In this document: piece after piece, positions 60,492 through 64,000 of the stretch
Layout: the number at the start of each line of letters is the position of its first letter
How positions within the stretch are numbered: position 1 is the stretch's first letter
Notes under the pieces: model-generated
Database searches by the model: none
What the model was told of the DNA's origin: nothing
The model's input: the letters and a program-made list of their open reading frames with translations, nothing else
Assembly: GCA_043228905.1 (NCBI GenBank)
Contig: JBHGNT010000004.1
Span: 25,866,296-25,930,295 of the forward strand
DNA: 64,000 bases
Reading direction: 5' to 3'
DNA from: Azolla caroliniana
Lineage: Eukaryota; Plantae; Polypodiophyta
Made by a program: the position numbers and the translations under genes

Positions 60492-63086
60492 TAAAGGTAA
60501 AGAGGGATGTTTGACGGATCAGCTATTGAGAGATGACGTTCAGCAAACAGGACTGTAGTAGAGATGAGAGTAGAGACACACAGATCTTTGGTGTACCCAA
60601 CCGCCTTGATTGGTACACAAGAAAAAAGAAGGTTATTATATTAGTTAACCTTACATAGAAAGTGGTGTGTTCACATTATAAAAAGAGGTGTCCTGTCCAA
60701 GTGAACAATGTGTTCACATATACGAATAATTACCTAATTTGTGAACTACGGGCCTTTACACCTAACAACCTCCCACTTAAAGGTCCGATGTGAACATTCA
60801 AGTAACTCCCACTAACTGTATGCAATGCTCATGTTGAGCTTTGCCAAGACTTTTAGTGAGAATATCTGCAGGATTATCCTGTGTTTTGATCTTGGTCAAT
60901 GTGACTAGACCATCCTCCAAAACTTGTCTGATAAAGTGATGTCGCACATCAATGTGTTTGGTGCGCGAATGAAACATGGCATTCTTAGCCAGATACACAG
61001 CACTCTGGCTATCACATCCTAACACAGGAGTACTAACAGACATGCCAAGATCTTCACCAAGTCTGCTGAGCCATATAGCTTCCTTTGAAGCTTCTGTAGC
61101 TGAAATATATTCAGCTTCAGTAGTACTCAGTGCTACAATCTTTTGCAATTTGGAGCACCAAGACACTGCTCCACCAGCAACTGTAAATATATACCCGCTA
61201 GTAGACTTACGTGTATCCAAGTCACCTGCCATGTCTGCATCACAATATCCCTGCAAATTTAATGCACCCTTCCCATAGCATAAACATTTTCTCTGTGTAC
61301 CTTTAAGATACCTGAAAACACACTTGACAGCCTCCCAATGTGCTTTCCCGGGATTAGACATATAGCGACTAACAACGCCCACTGCATAAGCAATATCTGG
61401 ACGAGTAGCTACCATAGCATACATTAGAGAACCACATGCTGATGCATAAGGAATTCCCTTCATAGCATTGATTTCCATCTCATCCTTTGGACAATCAGCC
61501 TTGCTGAGTTTAAGATATGACGGCAAAGGAACTCCAAGAGACTTTGCTTCTGCCATATTAAATCTGTTAAGCACTTTTTCAATGTACTTTTCTTGTGACA
61601 AAAACAACAATTTGTCTTTTCTGTTTCTATTGATTCTCATGCCCAAAATATGCTCTGCATTTCCCAAATCTTTCATAGAGAAGACCAATTTCAGTTGATC
61701 TTTTAGAGCATCAAGACTAGTCTTTCTTTTCCCAGCTAGCAACATATCATCCACATATAGAACAAGTATGATAGGACTGTCATCGATATCCTTTTTCGTG
61801 TATAAACAATGATCTGCATAGCTATGATCAAAGCCTTGAGAAAGCATAAAAGTATCAAACTTCTTATACCACTGTCGTGGTGCTTGTTTTAGGCCATACA
61901 AGCTACGTTTTAGTTTGCATACCAAATGCTCCTTGTTAGAGACTACAAAACCCTCAGGTTGTTTCATGTAGATCTCTTCATCAATATCACCATGCAAAAA
62001 AGCGGTCTTTACATCCATTTGGTACAACTCCAAATTAAGCATTGCAGTGAGAGCAAATAGCACACGAAGTGTGGTCATCTTCACAACAGGAGAGAAGACC
62101 TCTTGGAAGTCAATACCTTCCTTCTGTGCATAACCCTTGGCAACTAATCTTGCCTTGTATTTTGGTTTCCCTTCAATTTCCTTTACCTTATAAACCCACT
62201 TATTTGGAAGAGCTTTCCTTCCTTGAGGTAAGGACACAAGATCCCATGTATCATTTGCATATAAAGATTTTATTTCTTCTTGCATTGCAAGCTCCCACTT
62301 ACTGCTAAGTTCACATGACATTGCCTCCTTATAAGTAAGAGGTTCACCCTCATCTGACAGCATGACGTAATGCAAAGAGGGGTCATATCTATATACCTGC
62401 CTCCTTGAACGATTAGACCTACGTACCCAATGATCAGTATTTTCTGGGATTGGTTCTAAATCTGGAGGAAAATCATTTTCAGCACTTTCTGGCTGTTGCG
62501 AACCATGTCCAGTATGTTGTTCGACATCTATATTTTGTTCTTCAGTACCTTCATCTCGTTGACCAATATCTTCATGAGCATCTCTTTGCTGTCCAACTTC
62601 TTCTGGCTCAAAGATAACCGGTTGACCATCATATTCAACCTTTGGTATAGCATCATGAAGTTTATTTTCAGATTTTGTTGATGGTTGTAATTGCTGAAAT
62701 GTAACGCTCTTAGAGTTCCCAACAGAGGAACAAGCATTTTTCAGTAATTTTTCTTCATTAAAAACAACATCCCGGCTGCATACAATTTTTCTGGACTGAG
62801 GTAACCAAATCCTATAGCTCATTTCACCTTCATCACCATAGCCCATAAAAATGCCCCTGGTGGACTTAGCATCGAGCTTATTTCTCAGCTCACTTCTAAT
62901 GTGTACAAATGCATCACAACCGAAAATTCGTAAATGGTCATATGAGGTTGGTTTGCCAGACCAAACCTCCTCAGGGATTCCATTCTTTCAGGGAGAACGA
63001 TTACATATATGAACCACAGTTTTTAATGCTTCTCCCCAAAATTCATGAGGGAGATTAGCTGTGGACAGCATGCACTGTACTCGCTC
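60492..63086 (-). mobile_element. Copia element B: 3' LTR (60492-60767), PPT and integrase C-terminus/RT/RNaseH
   Basis: The LTR is the reverse complement of the same family. The PPT AAGTGGGAGGT lies at 60768-60778. The pol frame runs to 63086 with one stop at ~62989. Confidence 0.95.
60798..62846 (-). CDS. Copia pol fragment (RT plus RNase H, 682 aa open frame)
   Basis: KYKARLVAKGYAQKEGID, QMDVKTAFLHG, SLYGLKQAPRQW, LYVDDML, CDADMAGD, STTEAEY and TKHIDVRHHFIR. Confidence 0.93.
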   Translation of the reverse strand: MGYGDEGEMSYRIWLPQSRKIVCSRDVVFNEEKLLKNACSSVGNSKSVTFQQLQPSTKSENKLHDAIPKVEYDGQPVIFEPEEVGQQRDAHEDIGQRDEGTEEQNIDVEQHTGHGSQQPESAENDFPPDLEPIPENTDHWVRRSNRSRRQVYRYDPSLHYVMLSDEGEPLTYKEAMSCELSSKWELAMQEEIKSLYANDTWDLVSLPQGRKALPNKWVYKVKEIEGKPKYKARLVAKGYAQKEGIDFQEVFSPVVKMTTLRVLFALTAMLNLELYQMDVKTAFLHGDIDEEIYMKQPEGFVVSNKEHLVCKLKRSLYGLKQAPRQWYKKFDTFMLSQGFDHSYADHCLYTKKDIDDSPIILVLYVDDMLLAGKRKTSLDALKDQLKLVFSMKDLGNAEHILGMRINRNRKDKLLFLSQEKYIEKVLNRFNMAEAKSLGVPLPSYLKLSKADCPKDEMEINAMKGIPYASACGSLMYAMVATRPDIAYAVGVVSRYMSNPGKAHWEAVKCVFRYLKGTQRKCLCYGKGALNLQGYCDADMAGDLDTRKSTSGYIFTVAGGAVSWCSKLQKIVALSTTEAEYISATEASKEAIWLSRLGEDLGMSVSTPVLGCDSQSAVYLAKNAMFHSRTKHIDVRHHFIRQVLEDGLVTLTKIKTQDNPADILTKSLGKAQHEHCIQLVGVT

Positions 63087-64000
63087 CTTTTATAATGTGA
63101 ACACACCACTTTCTATGTAAGGTTAACTAATATAATAACCTTCTTTTTTCTTGTGTACCAATCAAGGCGGTTGGGTACACCAAAGATCTGTGTGTCTCTA
63201 ATCTCATCTCTACTACAGTCCTGTTTGCTGAACGTCATCTCTCAATAGCTGATCCGTCAAACATCCCTCTTTACCTTTAATTGGTATCAGAGCCAAATCT
63301 CTTTCCTCTACTTTGCTGTTTTTCTTCAGATTCAGAATCAGCAGAAAACACAGATTTAAAAAAAAATAAAAATAAAAATAAAAATAAAAATCTGTCAGAC
63401 CCTTTCCTATTGGTATTCTGCTCAATTTCTGAAGGCATCTGTCTAAAATTTTGGGAGCAATGGCCTCCACTTCAGCTGAAGTGAAAAACCTCTTTGAAAT
63501 CAAGAGATTTGATGGAAAAGGTTTCGAATTGTGGAAAGAGCGTATGCTGGGCATCCTCTTTCTAAGAGATTGTGAAGATGCTCTCGTAGAAAAGAAACCA
63601 GAGAGCATGGAAAATGATGCTTGGAACACTCTAAATAAGAAAGCCATTACATATATTAAAATGGCTGTTTCTGATGAAATTCTTGTAGATGTAAAGGGCT
63701 TGACTACTGCCCATCAAGTTTGGGAGAAACTTAAGAAAACTTACGAGAATACTACTCCTGTGAATCAGGTGCATTTGATGAGAAAACTTGTCAGTATGAG
63801 GCTTGATGAGTCGAAAGGTGCAACAGAGCATCTATCTTTATTCACAGGTACTCTCTCCCAACTACAAGATTCAGGATTACCAGCTTTTGATGACAAGCTC
63901 AAAGCTATCTTCCTACTTATGACTTTACCGGATTCGTGGGAAACATTAGTTGTTTCACTATCTAATAGCCCCACCTTGACCTTCGATGGTGTGCGGGGCT
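63087..64000 (+). mobile_element. Copia segment C: partial 5' LTR (to 63279), PBS and open gag from 63460 running off the window
   Basis: The LTR lacks its first ~85 bp. PBS TGGTATCAGAGCC lies at 63282-63294. MASTSAEVKNLFEIKRFDGKGFELWKERM...LLMTLPDSWETLVVSL is open to the window edge. Confidence 0.92.

Overview
AT-rich eukaryotic nuclear DNA from a land plant with flagellated sperm, most plausibly a fern. This is inferred from a TTLL6/13-type axonemal glutamylase, a PLS-type PPR relic, a nad6 copy needing many C-to-U edits, and RTEX LINEs. Bases 1-24 kb are mostly decayed transposons: L1-like and RTEX LINEs, solo LTRs, tRNA-derived SINE-like repeats, a nad6 NUMT and a PPR relic. Bases 24-58 kb hold four spliced genes, assembled by eye: a TTLL6/13-like tubulin polyglutamylase (+, 7 exons, one GC-AG intron), a TSNAXIP1-like coiled-coil protein with a His-rich N-terminus (-, 8 exons), augmin subunit AUG3/HAUS3 (-, 18 exons) and the 3' four exons of an SPL2/MUL1-like GIDE-RING E3 ligase (-). 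The window ends in a nested Ty1/Copia complex: a young element with TG...TA LTRs has inserted into an older relative and appears internally inverted. The best leads are a repeat with two convergent tRNA-like heads, the inverted Copia, three adjacent microtubule/flagellum genes, the unedited NUMT and a conserved RTEX 3' hairpin. No searches were run, so all family assignments rest on recognised motifs.
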